Below are positions 26,504 through 39,390 of a stretch of DNA of 64,000 nt, piece after piece (the stretch's first letter is position 1; the number at the start of each line of letters is the position of its first letter). The notes beneath the pieces are model-generated. The model was not told where the DNA came from. It saw nothing but the letters and a program-made list of their open reading frames with translations, and made no database searches. Origin of the DNA: the human T2T-CHM13v2.0 reference genome, Homo sapiens. Location of the stretch: NCBI RefSeq assembly GCF_009914755.1, contig NC_060938.1; one strand, written 5' to 3'. A program made the position numbers and the translations under genes.

Positions 26504-27520
26504 AATGACAATCACAACATGTGTTATAGTTACAAATAATAACTAATTATAGGTGATAAACAGTTATAGATAATAACAACTAACATCACTGAGGACTTAC
26601 TACATTTCAGCTCCTTTTTCATACATTTAGAGCCATCAGTTCATTGTAATGTTGTGAGAAAAAAAATTTTTTTAAATAAGAATCATTCATCTTTGGAAAC
26701 TTTGTAAAAGGCATTCAATACACTTTATAACCTGAGCTTATGATTATGATTACCTGTGAATGGTTCAGTTTATAAAGATGATGTAGTGACACATGGTGTC
26801 ATGCCCCTGAAATAAATGGTCTCACCATTCCACACACAAAATTTTGAACTAGTTCTGTTTTGTGTTTGTTCTGTCTTTCCCTAAGAAGGCCACTTCTTGG
26901 CACTCCTGGGGTCTCAATCTCTGCTTGTTCATTTATTTCTCTTCTCATATAAAGACTAAGGAGCCAGATAACTAAGACTAATAGAATTACAAAGCAAATG
27001 GGAAGGCTTCCAAGACAGTCCCTAAATCAAGTAAATGCATGAACGTTAATATCCGAACTTTTTAATATCTGTTCACAGACCAGGTACTTTTTTCTTCTTA
27101 TTACTCTTCTTATTGGATATAGACACGAGCCAGGAGACCTGTGGATACCTAAGTGTTAAGTATTTTCTGCAGTATATCACTGCTTCCTTTTGATGACAGT
27201 CTTATTGCTGCAGACTTGGCAATCTTATTAAATAATCATCTTCAAGTGAAAGCGCTATTGAGATACTGCATTTGATGCAAAGAGTTAAACTCCTAGCCAC
27301 TCTCACCGCTATTCAAAAAACCCATTGGTATTTTTCAAGGTTAGCATTTCTCAAATTCTTTTGACATTGAGAATTTTTAGTTACAATTTTTGACACAATG
27401 ATGAACTGGTGCTTATCAAGTACAATGTGCACTTACAGTGAATAGCAGAAATTATTTTTAATTTCTGATAGTGTGAAATTTAAAAATAGAAATTAAATTA
27501 CTTTATAAGATAATACAAAC

Positions 27521-28174
<654 letters not shown>

Positions 28175-28387
28175 CAAGCATATGTTGAAATTATAAGACA
28201 AACAACTACCTTGAATAGATGGCATCCATCAGCTTAACCAGTAGCAGCTAAATTTTGCTTAGGCAGCATTGAGTAGCTTAAATATCTTGCATAAATCCAT
28301 CAGATAATTTCTCAGGCAACTCTTTTTTTGGATCTGACACATCATTCTTTAATGGATGATTGTAGCTTAAAAAGAACTATCATATAT

Positions 28388-28982
28388 TGTGTGGGGTAAA
28401 TATTGCCAATCATATCCCTAAAGTAAACACCCCAGGGTGGTCCCCAATGAGTCACTCTATGTATAATCCCATGCCCTTGAGTGTTGATGGAACCTGTGAC
28501 TTGCTTCTAACCAATCTGACAAGAGTGAAGGGACTTTGAAGAAGCCATTAGGTGCACAATCAGTCAATTTTGAGTTAATAAAAAAGGAGATTATTCTGAA
28601 TGGGCCTGACATAATTAGGTGATCCCTTTAAAAGCGGGTCCACACCTTCCCTGAAGTTAAAGATTCAAAGTAGCAGAGACAGACACTTTCTCTGTCGCTA
28701 GCTTGAAGAAGCAAGAGGTTATGAACTCTATAACCCCAGGCAAATACATTTTGCCAGCAACCTGAAAGATCTTGGAAGTAGGTCCTTTCCTAGTTGAGAC
28801 TTCAGATGAGTTTGAAACCCAGTTGACACCTTCATTTCAGCCTTGTGAGAAACTGGGCAGAAAACCGAACTCAAGTATTCCCAGACTTCTGACTCATAGA
28901 AGCCATGAGATAATAAATGGATAATTGGTTTAGGCCACTAAGTTGGTGATGATATGTTGTAGAGCAAGAGAAAATGAACACA
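28388..28982 (+). mobile_element. MLT1E-type solo LTR
   Basis: CCCTTGAGTGT...ACCTGTGACTTGCTTCTAACCAAT, GGAGATTATTCTGAATGGGCCTGAC, CAGCCTTGTGAGA, GAGATAATAAATGG...TTTAGGCCACTAAGT. Confidence 0.8.
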
Positions 28983-29039
28983 TTATCGGATAGTGATTCC
29001 CTTTTTGTGGTGCAATCTGTATTTGTAGTTGAGAACATT

Positions 29040-31770
29040 GCTGCACAGCTAAAAACTGCTTTTACCAGACTTATCTGAAGTGAAATGTGGCTATGTGACT
29101 AAGTTCTGACCAGTGAAACTTAAGTGTAAATAATGTTGAGATATTCTAGAAGCACTTTTTAGTGAGAGTATATACTTGATATGGTTTGGCTCTGTCTCCC
29201 CATCTAAATCTCATGTGGAATTTTAATCCCCATGTGTCAGGGGAGCAACCTGGTGGGAGGTGACTGGATCACAGGGAGATTTCCCCCGTCCTGTTCTCAT
29301 GACAGTGAGTGAGTTCTCACGAGATTCAATGGTTTAAAATGTGGCACTTCCCCCTTCTCTCTCTCCTGCTACCCTGTAAGACATGCCTTGTTTCCCCATT
29401 GCCTTCTGCCATGATTGTAAGTTTCCTAAGGCTTTCCCAGCCCTGAAGAACTGTAAATCCATTAAACCTCTTTTTTATAAATTACCCAGTCTCATGTAGT
29501 TATTTATAGCGATGTGAAAATGAACTAATACATAAAATTGGTACCAGGAGAGTGGGGAACTGCTATACCTGAAAATGTGGAAGCAAATTTGGAACTGGGT
29601 AATGGGCAGAGGTTGGAACAGTTTAGAGGCCTCAGAATAAGAGAGGAAGATGAGGGAATGTTTAGAACTTCTTAGAGACCTGTTGAATGGTTGTAACCAG
29701 AATGCTGATAGTCATGTGGACAATGAAGTCCAGGCTGAGGTGGTCTCAGATAGAGATGAGGAACTTAATGGGAATAGTTCCAATAGCAAGTCACTCTTGC
29801 TATGCTTTAGCAAAGAGACTAGTGCCATTTTGCCCCTGCCCTAGAGATCTGTGGAGCTTTGAACATGAAAGAGATGATTTAGGGTATCTAGCAGAAGAAA
29901 TTTCTAAGCAGCAAAGCATTGAAGATGTGACCTGGCTGTTTCCAAAAGTGTACAGTCATGTAAGTTCACAAAGAGATGGTCCAAAATTAGAACTTATGTT
30001 TAAAAGGGTAGCAGAGCATAAAAGTTTGGAAAATTTACAGCCTGAACATGTGGTAGAAAAGAAAAATCCATTTTCTGGGGAGAAATTCAAGGCTGCATAA
30101 ATTTGCACAAGTAAAGAGGAGCCAAATGTTAACAGATGTAACAATGGAAAAATGTCTCTAGGGCACGTCAGAGAACTTGGCACCAGCCCCTCTTGTAACA
30201 GGCCCAGAGGCCTAGGAGGGAAAAATTGGTTTCCTGGGCCAGGCCCAGGGCCCTCTGCTCTGTACAGCCTCCTGAAGTGGTGCCCTGTGTCCCAGAAGCT
30301 CCAGTTCCTGCTCTGGCTAAAAGGGGCCAAGGTACAGTTCAGGCCACTGCTTCAAAGGGTACAAGCCCCAAGCCTTTGTGGCTTCTACGTGGTGTTAGGC
30401 CTGCAGGTGCACAGAAGGCAAGAGTTTGGAGCCTTTGCCTAGATTTCAGAGGATGTACGGGAACACCTGGATGTCCAGGCAGAAGTCTGTTGCATGAGCG
30501 GAGCCCTCATGGAGAACCTCTACGAAGTCAGTGTAGAGGGGAAATGTGGGGTTGGAGCTGCCGCACAGAGTTCACACTGGGGCACTGCCTATTGGAGCTG
30601 TGAGAAGACAGCCATTGTCCTCCAGACCCCAGAATGATAGATCTGCTGACAGATTGCATTGTGTGCCTGCAAAAGCCACAGTCGTTCAACTCCAGACTGT
30701 GAAAGCAGCCACAGGGCCTGAACCCTGCAGAGCCACAGGAGTGGAGATTTCCAAGGCCTTGGGAGCCTAACTCTTGCTTCAGCGTGTCCTGGATTTGAGA
30801 CATGAAGTCAAAGGAGATTATTTTGGAGTCTTAAGATTTAATAACTGCCCTGCTGGCTTTCTGACTTGCATGGGGCCTATATCCCCTTCGTTTCGTCCAA
30901 TTTCTCCCATTTGGAATGGAAGCATTTACCCAATGCCTGTAGCCCCATTGTATCTTGAAAGTAATTTACTTGCTTTTGATTTTACAGGCTCATGGGTGGT
31001 AGGGATCTGCCTTGTCTCAGATGCGACTTTGCACTTGGACTTTGGGGTTAATGCTGGAATGAGTTAAGACTTTGGGGGACTGTTGGGAAGGTATGATCAA
31101 GTTTTGAAAAGTGGGAAGACCATGAGTTTTGGGAGAGACCGGGGGTGAAATGATATGGTTTGGATCCGTGTCTCCACCCAAATCTCATGTGGGATTGTAA
31201 TCCTCATCTGTCAGGGGAGGGACCTGATGGGAGGTGATTAGACCATGGGGGCAGACTTCCCTCTTGCTGTTCTCACGATAGTGAGTGAGTTCTCACGAGA
31301 TGTGATGATTTAAAAGTGTGGCACTTCTCCCCCCTCTCTCTCTCCTGCCACCATGTAAGACGTGCCTTGCTTCCCCTTTGCCTTCTGCTGTGATTGTAAA
31401 TTTCCTGAGGCCTCTCCAGCCATGCATAACTGTGAGTCAATTAAATCTCTTTTCTTTATAAATTACCCATTCTCCGGTAGTTCTTTACAGCAGTGTGAAA
31501 ATGGACTAATACAATACCCTTCTTCTTCCCTTCATTCTGCAGTATGAAATAAGATTTTGATGGCTGGATATTCAGCGGCCATCTGGGACCATGAGTATTG
31601 AATCTCCATGCTAGGTGGAAAAGTAAGCTGGATCATAGGTGATTTCATAGAGTTACTATAGCAGCACTGGAATTCCACCTATAGGCTTCTTTTATGTAAT
31701 AGAGAAACAAATTTCTGTTTAAGCCATTGTTCTTGGAATCTGTGTTACTCTTGGCAGAATCTAAATCCGG
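29040..31770 (+). mobile_element. MLT1I/J-type LTR split by the THE1D provirus (pieces ~29040-29176 and 31514-31770)
   Basis: TGTGGCTATGTGACTAAGTTCTGACCAGTG left; GATGGCTGGA...GCCATCTGGGACCATGAG...TGTTTAAGCCATTGT right. Confidence 0.72.
29177..31513 (+). mobile_element. Full-length THE1D-type MaLR provirus: LTR 29177-29532, internal 29533-31150, LTR 31151-31513
   Basis: Both LTRs TGATATGGTTTGG...CTAATACA; AAATTGGTACCAG internal start; purine tract before 3' LTR; TSD ATACT/ATACC. Confidence 0.94.
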
Positions 31771-33584
31771 TATATTTTACTTAAAAATATATACCTATAT
31801 TTGAAATAAATTAATGTAAGTATTAAATAAAATGATGTGGTTTGTTTGTTTGGGTTCAACTATTAGCAGCATCTTTCAGAGAACTAGATTATGCAGCATG
31901 CTGGTCCAAATATTAACACTGACTAATACTGCTGGTGGAAATGAGATACCACATTAAGAAGCAATCAAGAGTCAAATATGTAAAAGAAGTTGTACATGAA
32001 GGTACACAAGTTGGCCCTTGTATTCAAAATATTAAAACACCCTATTTTGTTTGTAACTGGAAATAGTTATTTAAAAACAGTAGTGCATTTGCACAATTGA
32101 GTCCAGCTCTTTTTTAAGTACAACAGAGCAATATTAGGCAGATGAGACTTGGTGACCACAAATGAGTGTGGTACCGGGGCTCTAAGGGAAGAAGCAGATG
32201 TCCAAAATCATCATTCTGCCTGAAAGTTTACCAGTCAGATTGCTATCCTTTCATTTTAAGGTTTCTGCTCCTTGTTAATTGCAAATATCCATGGCACAGG
32301 TACTACTGTGAGTGTGCTTGCTACAAACAAGTAGGTGGGAATAGATGAGTAAAAGATGGGGGAAAAGGCACAGTGGTCCTTGGCAAGGACATTCAAGCTC
32401 ACAGGCTCATGTTGGTGATCACAAAGGGGAAAGGAGAGTCTCCAAATATAAATAGAGTGCAATTCACAAATGTTTACTAAGCTGTGAATCCTTTCAATAA
32501 ATGATTAATCGATAAGTCGCAGGCCCTGAAGATACAATGGTAAACAATAAAGACCCACGATAATGTTGCCTATATCAGAGATGAGACACCACGCCACCCA
32601 CAATTTCCAGGCTGATGCCATTTAGGTTATTGAATTTGAAAGCAAGATGCATGTTAGTACCTCTTTAGATTTCAAAAATCTGGATTTCAAAAGTAAGTCC
32701 TCAAATTGTTAATCAGTTGATTAGTTAATTCAGTCAAAAATATTCAAACTATTTTATGTCTCAGAATAGATAGGATATTTAAAGTGTAATACATAAATTA
32801 TATCAATACTGGGGGGATTGCTAAGGTTGTCCACATGTGCCAGCAAAATCATCTATTTCTGGTCTTTAGTCAAGTCTAAGAAAGTTCATACTGACATATT
32901 AGGAGGAAATTATTATACCTGCTTATACTGAAAAAGAAAATTCAACCATAAATATTGCAATACTATAAGATGCTATAACGTTCTGCAAAACAATCTGTTG
33001 CACATTTCTACTTGGAAGGTAGCATATTTCATGATTATGCACATCCATGACAGAGATAAGCATTTATATGGTAATAACTGCAATATGGGCAGCTACAGCC
33101 TTTCACTATAAGCCATGAGCCTTTTCATCAGAAAAAGCCACTGGGGCACAATTTATCACCAGAAAGCGTGTTTGGCTGGCTTAGATGTTCAGAAAAAATA
33201 AATATTTTCTTCATGCACATGTCTTAAGTAGTAGCAGGAGCATGGTTTGTACCTTTACATAAAAAAAACAAAATAAATGCCAGTGTTTAGGTAGTCAGAC
33301 AAATAAATATACAAAAAAAAGGAGTAACAAGTTTCCTCTTCTACGCCCATACCTCAGTCAACACAGAGTCCCATGTGCAAGTGGTACAAATGCCACCATA
33401 AAGAGTCAGTGACTATAGAAAGGGACTGAAGTGCTTATTTAAAATCTTGCTATCACAGGATTAAGAGAAACCTGGGTCTAGGACTGAGAACTCAGTAGTA
33501 TAGAACAGAAGAGGAAATAGTCATCTGGGATGACATCAATAATTGTTTACAATAACTCCACTGACATCAATAGTTGTTCTGATA

Positions 33585-33825
33585 ATAATTCTGGTGGCTA
33601 ATATTTATTGAATGCTTACTAAATGGACTAATTATCCTTCTGGAGGCTTTATGTATATTTTCTCATTGAATTCTGAAACATATACTATCACTTCAGGGCT
33701 CCCATTCACCCATTTTTTTAATAGCTGGTTAAATATAGGTTTAGAGATATGGTGACTTATCCAAAATCACAAAGTGGCAGATTTGAGTTTTGGACCTAAT
33801 TGTGCTTGACTCCAATGCCTATGGG
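33585..33825 (-). mobile_element. MIR
   Basis: GCTAATATTTATTGAATGCTTACT...GGTGACTTATCCAAAATCACA...TGACTCCAATGCC. Confidence 0.65.
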
Positions 33826-34056
33826 TTTGTCACAAAGTGGTGGAGAGAAGGCCATTATCTTCCAGTGGAGCCTCCCTGATGCCCAGGCTGGTGACCAGAG
33901 GGTAAATGCAATACCTTCTGGACAGTGGCGATATGCTGGCATCCCAGGGAGTAGGATTATATGAGAGACATGGCTGGCTCAAATGCCCATGTAAACCTCA
34001 AAATCAGATTAGGGATGAAAAGATTAAGTGAATATTTCCTGAGCATAGATGAGAAG

Positions 34057-34535
34057 TGTGAAGCAGGTTCACTGTGCACTGGTTACCAGCTTGTGTCAGT
34101 CTGCTGAGACAGGCCCCACTTAAGCACAAGTTACATGAAATGGATATATGATTTACATATGGGAACAATAGACAAAGGACAACAGAAGCCTAGAACTCAT
34201 TGCAAGTTGGCCCCCCAAGGCTCAGGAAATTGGCCTGGGGTGAAGGGAATCTCCTCATCTGCATGTACTTCACTTACACTGCAGCTGAAGGACCTCAGAA
34301 TGTAGCCTGCACTGGGTTATACATCCCAGGGACAACATGACAGGCTGGGCTAAAGCACCAAAGAGCATCCTATTTCTAGGGAGAAATGGAGCAGACCCTG
34401 AGCTGTTCTGGTTAGTTCCTGCCTATCTCAGGCTGTTGCATTCTCAGCACAATCTATAGTTATTCCTGAGAACTACAAGCAAGATTGAAGAGGGAACAGG
34501 ACCAGTCCAAGGCCATCCAGAGAACTGCGTGACAA
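34057..34535 (-). mobile_element. ERV solo LTR, family not assigned
   Basis: TGAAGCAGGTTCACTGTGCACTGGTTACCA...GGACAACAGAAGCCTAG...CCCCCAAGGCTCAGGAAA resembles a recalled LTR consensus; TG...CA ends, ~480 bp. Confidence 0.55.
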
Positions 34536-34803
34536 GGAACTCCTGGGAATTTTGGCAGCTGGTGGGTGGGTGGAAGAGGGAAGCTGAGGAGGGGGTCCTT
34601 GAGGTCCTGCAGCTGTGCAGGTGGGGGCTAAAGGGATGGCAAAATTGAGATAATGTAGCCGCATGGCTACCAAAATAAGGATGTTCATATTTATCAAGTG
34701 ATTCAGTAAAACCATCTGGAGCTTCAGCTGTATGCTCGTGCCCTTCGCACTGGAGAGAAGACAAAAGCACCTTTTTATTCCTACCCTCAAATAGTTTTCT
34801 ACC

Positions 34804-34823
34804 TGTGTGTGTGTGTGTGTGTA

Positions 34824-34856
<33 letters not shown>
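34804..34856. repeat. Compound (TG)n(GA)n microsatellite
   Basis: Direct observation. Confidence 0.95.
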
Positions 34857-35959
34857 TGTGCAATTGACTATAATGTACGACACAGAGGCATCACTAGAGT
34901 CAAAGGCCACTTTACATCTTAAGCCATCCATTCTGGAGGCATTAGAGACATTGCCAAAAGTGAGGGTGACTATGTACATCATTTTGGTAATTAGGAAAAA
35001 AATGTGCTATGAAAAAATAGTATGTCATTTTTACCTCTATTTTCAAGCTCTGATTTGGGGTTTTCCTCTTATTTTTATCCAGTGTGTTCCTGCTTCCCGT
35101 TAATGCCCACGCAGGAGACTGACTGCTTTCTGGCAAGAAGAGGGTAAGCACTGTACCTGTAATCTGCATTATTAGGTTCTGTCAACTGACCCCCTAATTC
35201 CAGAAGTTAAATAAAATATAGATTTTTTGTTGTTGTTGTTTATGAAAGTGACAACTCAGGTGTCTCTGGTTTGTTGGTTTTCCTGAGCAGCTCCACTCCA
35301 AGGGGTGGCTCAAGGACAAGGTTCCTTCCAACATGGCACCACTTCTTCTCCAGATTAGTGCCATGCAAACTTTCATTCACAGGCCAGTGCCAGTCCATGG
35401 CTTGGATTAGCCCAGGAGCCGCTTATGAATGGTCTCAATGAGGGAAATACGGAAATTGAGGGAGAGCATATGGAAACTTTAGAAACTGGCCATTGCTACA
35501 ATATTCAAAGTTCATGGTGAGTGGATTTTTCTCACTCAACAGAGTATAGACCATTTTGGTTGTGGTCAAACTCACCCAGCACATGTGGCTTCCTAGTGGA
35601 TTGGAAATTTAAGAAAACACAAATAAAAGATTGACAGCTAGAAAAAGCTACATTCTATATCCTCAGAATCCTCATGATGTCACTGGCAGATTGGAGAAAG
35701 AGAACGGTAAGCTGCCCATGAGAAGGTTTTCTATTACCCACCTGGCAGGGCCCATGTTACTTCTGCCCATTCCGTTGGCCACAACTCTGTTACATGGTTG
35801 CATCTATTTGCATGGGAGACTGGGGCATAATCTGATTGAATGTCCAGTAAGAAAATGGAAAGAAGTTGGCAGTCATCCATCCTCACTAAACCTATTGCTG
35901 CATTTGCTACCGGTTTCTGTTGACCAAATAATGCAGGCATGAAAATGAGTGATAGTTCT

Positions 35960-36178
35960 ATGACTTCCTAGCCGGAATCTTACCACTTTGAGTGTTCTTG
36001 ATGGAGCTGCCCCAACAGAGACTTTAAATCAGGACTGATTCCTGTCTCATTCCTAACTCACCTTCTCTATTTTCTTAATTTCGAGCGCTCGAAAACCTTC
36101 CAATAAACACCCTTCTGCTTAAGTTAGCCAGGATTAAGTTCTTTGTTAGGAATTTTTAAAAATCCCAAAGCTAATACA
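35960..36178 (+). mobile_element. 3' part of an old ERVL LTR (LTR16/LTR33-like)
   Basis: CCAATAAACACCCTTCTGCTTAAGTTAGCCAG...CTAATACA. Confidence 0.5.
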
Positions 36179-36574
36179 GGAGAAGTGGGAGGTAAGTAGG
36201 GAGAAAGAAAAAGGGAGAGAGGATGGAGAGAATGGCATCTAGCTAGGAAGATTCTTTAAATAAACATATTATGACCCACTTACTTTGATTCAGAACTGCC
36301 ATTTGAACAAAGTCAGTTCTATAGGTCATGGACGATTCTTTACCTTAAGACGATGAGTTCTACAGTACCTCAATCACTCATGCATCTCACTGAACAAATC
36401 AATTGCATTGATTATGCTAAAAGGTGTAAGTTGCTTTGACATGCACAAATAGGACAGAATGTCTGAAAGGCAAATCATTTTATCCAAATCAAGGTTTTTG
36501 CATAATTTATGCTTAGCGACATTCTTTACCAGAGGGACTTTCATGGTCTAACCAAAAAAAAAAGCCTCAAATCA

Positions 36575-36672
36575 GATATATATAGATATATATATCTATA
36601 TATATCGATATATAGAATATATATAGATATATATTCTATATATCGATATATATATTATATCTATATATATAA
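36575..36672. repeat. AT-rich simple repeat with two overlapping palindromes
   Basis: 36575-36606 is a perfect 32-bp palindrome; 36597-36654 has perfect 28-bp arms with an AG loop. Confidence 0.9.
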
Positions 36673-37289
36673 TATTTTAATGTAAATTCTCCCAGAATGG
36701 TAATGGTAACCTGGAGTATAAAGGGGCAGTGGCTTAACAAGAAGAAAGTTTTCCAGAACGAGGGGAGACTCAGCCACCGTATTATGTCAGCAGCCCTGGT
36801 GAACCCCAGTGATGTTTTGTTTTATTTTATCTCATGCTCAATTTGCCATCTATAGCCCCACTCTGTGTAGAGGAGCACATTGACTGGGCTCTCTGCCCTA
36901 TTTTAGCACTCCTCAGACCTCTCTGAAAATAATGCTGCTTTCAGACAAAGTCCAAAGTTCTAGGTTATTTCTTTCTTTCTCTGCTCCACAATCTGGTGCT
37001 GACCAACATCTTTCTCTGGATCTCCAGTTCAGTGGGTGGAAAACCCAGCAAAAAATGATCATCTGGATTCTAGAAGCACACACGGGTGAGTCTTACAGGA
37101 CTTGGATGATAGCAAAGGCACATTGGCTGATTTTCATATCTGAGTAAAGAGATTTCTCAAGAGCTGTGTTCATGTTGTTGTCCCATATTTAGCTCTACTG
37201 AGTCATTTCTTGGTGCTTTTAATGTAAGAGATTTTTAGCACATTTCTCTTCTAGTGGGGCTACTAGCCTTTGCACTCACTCTCATTTGC

Positions 37290-37770
<481 letters not shown>

Positions 37771-38539
37771 CATTAAAGCATTCTCACATGCTTTCACCAG
37801 CCAGAGCCTTAGAAAGAGCACACTTTAGACAATGTGTGCAAGTTCCAGTTTACCAAAACACTCAGCATCCCCTGCAGTCTTTCTCTAAATCCAGGAATTT
37901 GAGAAAAGGCAGATGGCATCTGGGCAGTCTGAGTAAGCCCTAAGATAGGCAGGTCTGACTTCATGAAGGGGTGAAGGGCCACTGCCTCTTTAAAAAAAAA
38001 TACCACTTTCTTCACCTTCAAAAGTCTGAAATCCTTCTAGTAAGTCATAATGTTTCCATTGAATATTGCCAGGAGACTTTTAGGGGTCAAAGCCAGTAGG
38101 TGAGGATACACAGTGCCAACAAATATGCTCAGATCCTTTCTTGGAGACTGTTTGAATAGTAAAGACGTTAGCAAAGAGGGTTCTAGGTACGAAATGAAGC
38201 CAGACATAAGCACAAGGCACGTAGATGAGGTCACAACCATCTAAAGCCAGGAGGAAGGGGCTTCAGGAGAGGTACCCCTGCCAGAGAACCATGTAGAGAC
38301 CTCAGCTAACACAGACAAGAAACCCTCAGTCTATGACCTGAGTGGCAAACATGATCTGTGAAATGGTAACATCTAAATTTTACCCCTCCTGCTCTTCAAC
38401 AAATACTCATTAGACAGTTCAGTTAAGCCAGGAACTACTCCAAATGTTTTCACATGCATTAAGCCACTGCTTGAAGAAGAAGGAGGTCTCACTGACCCAA
38501 AGTGGGAAATTATGAAGACCTTATCACTGGATAGAAACC

Positions 38540-39390
38540 AGATCTTTCCTTCACTCAGTTGTATGCTCTGCTCTATACAATCCCCTCTGAATGGGCCATT
38601 CTTTCCTGCTCCTCCATCACCCATTCTCCTTTGTTGTCCTGTTAATAATACCTCTGTTCTAATGCTCTGTTCAGGTTGCGTGAGGACCTTCCTCTATGCT
38701 TTCATTGTACCCCTAAGCACATCTCTCTACCATAGATCCTCTGAACTGCATTACAATGATATAGCAACATCTCTCTCTCCTATTAGAATCCCTGAAGGCT
38801 GCATCTCATTCACAGCAAAGAACTTGGTGCATGGTAAACATATAAGCAATCCTACTGAATAAATGAGCTCACATTTGCCCACTACATTTGAAGAGTTGGC
38901 AGAAATTCAGGGGAAAATGTGCAATCAGCAGGTGGTATGCAGAACTCAAATATGGGACTAGAAATTTAGTTTGAGTAGTTGAATATTGAGGTGTACTCAT
39001 GGGGGATGGTGCAATTATGAAGGAAGATAGAAAAGATCCATTAGAGGAGAGGAAGACAACCACAAAATCAACTAACCAGAAGAAAAAGAATCAAAAGATT
39101 GAAGTGTTTTGGAAAGACAAGGAGGAAGAGCTTTGAAGATGAAATGTGTGGCTGACACGGTGACATTTTGCAAACAGGTTGGTTAAGGTAGAAACTTTTT
39201 TTTTACACTAAGTAAGACTATAGGGACCCGAGAAACAAAATAGAGAAATGGTGGTAGTGCACTATTCTTTCAAAGAATGTGGTAAAGTGAAGGATAGATA
39301 TTAGGTGAAACAATGAAAAAGTAGGGACAATTTTGGATAACTTTTAGACACACACATTGGTAAATTGAAGAGGATGAGATAAAGATGACG
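38540..39390. mobile_element. L2 fragments (+ ~38540-38865; - ~38870-39390, resuming ~44826-44990 after the L1)
   Basis: CTATTAGAATCCCTGAAGGC...TTGGTGCATGGTAAAC...TGAATAAATGA; then purine-rich reverse L2-like sequence. Confidence 0.55.

Noticed and set aside
29650-31067. Overlapping ORFs of 64-137 aa (and counterparts at 1708-2499)
   Set aside because: Frameshifted remnants of the MaLR internal region, seen in both proviruses; not an intact gene.
34444-34982. 139-aa and 169-aa minus-strand ORFs
   Set aside because: They read through a (TG)n(GA)n microsatellite and an LTR end; low-complexity artefacts.
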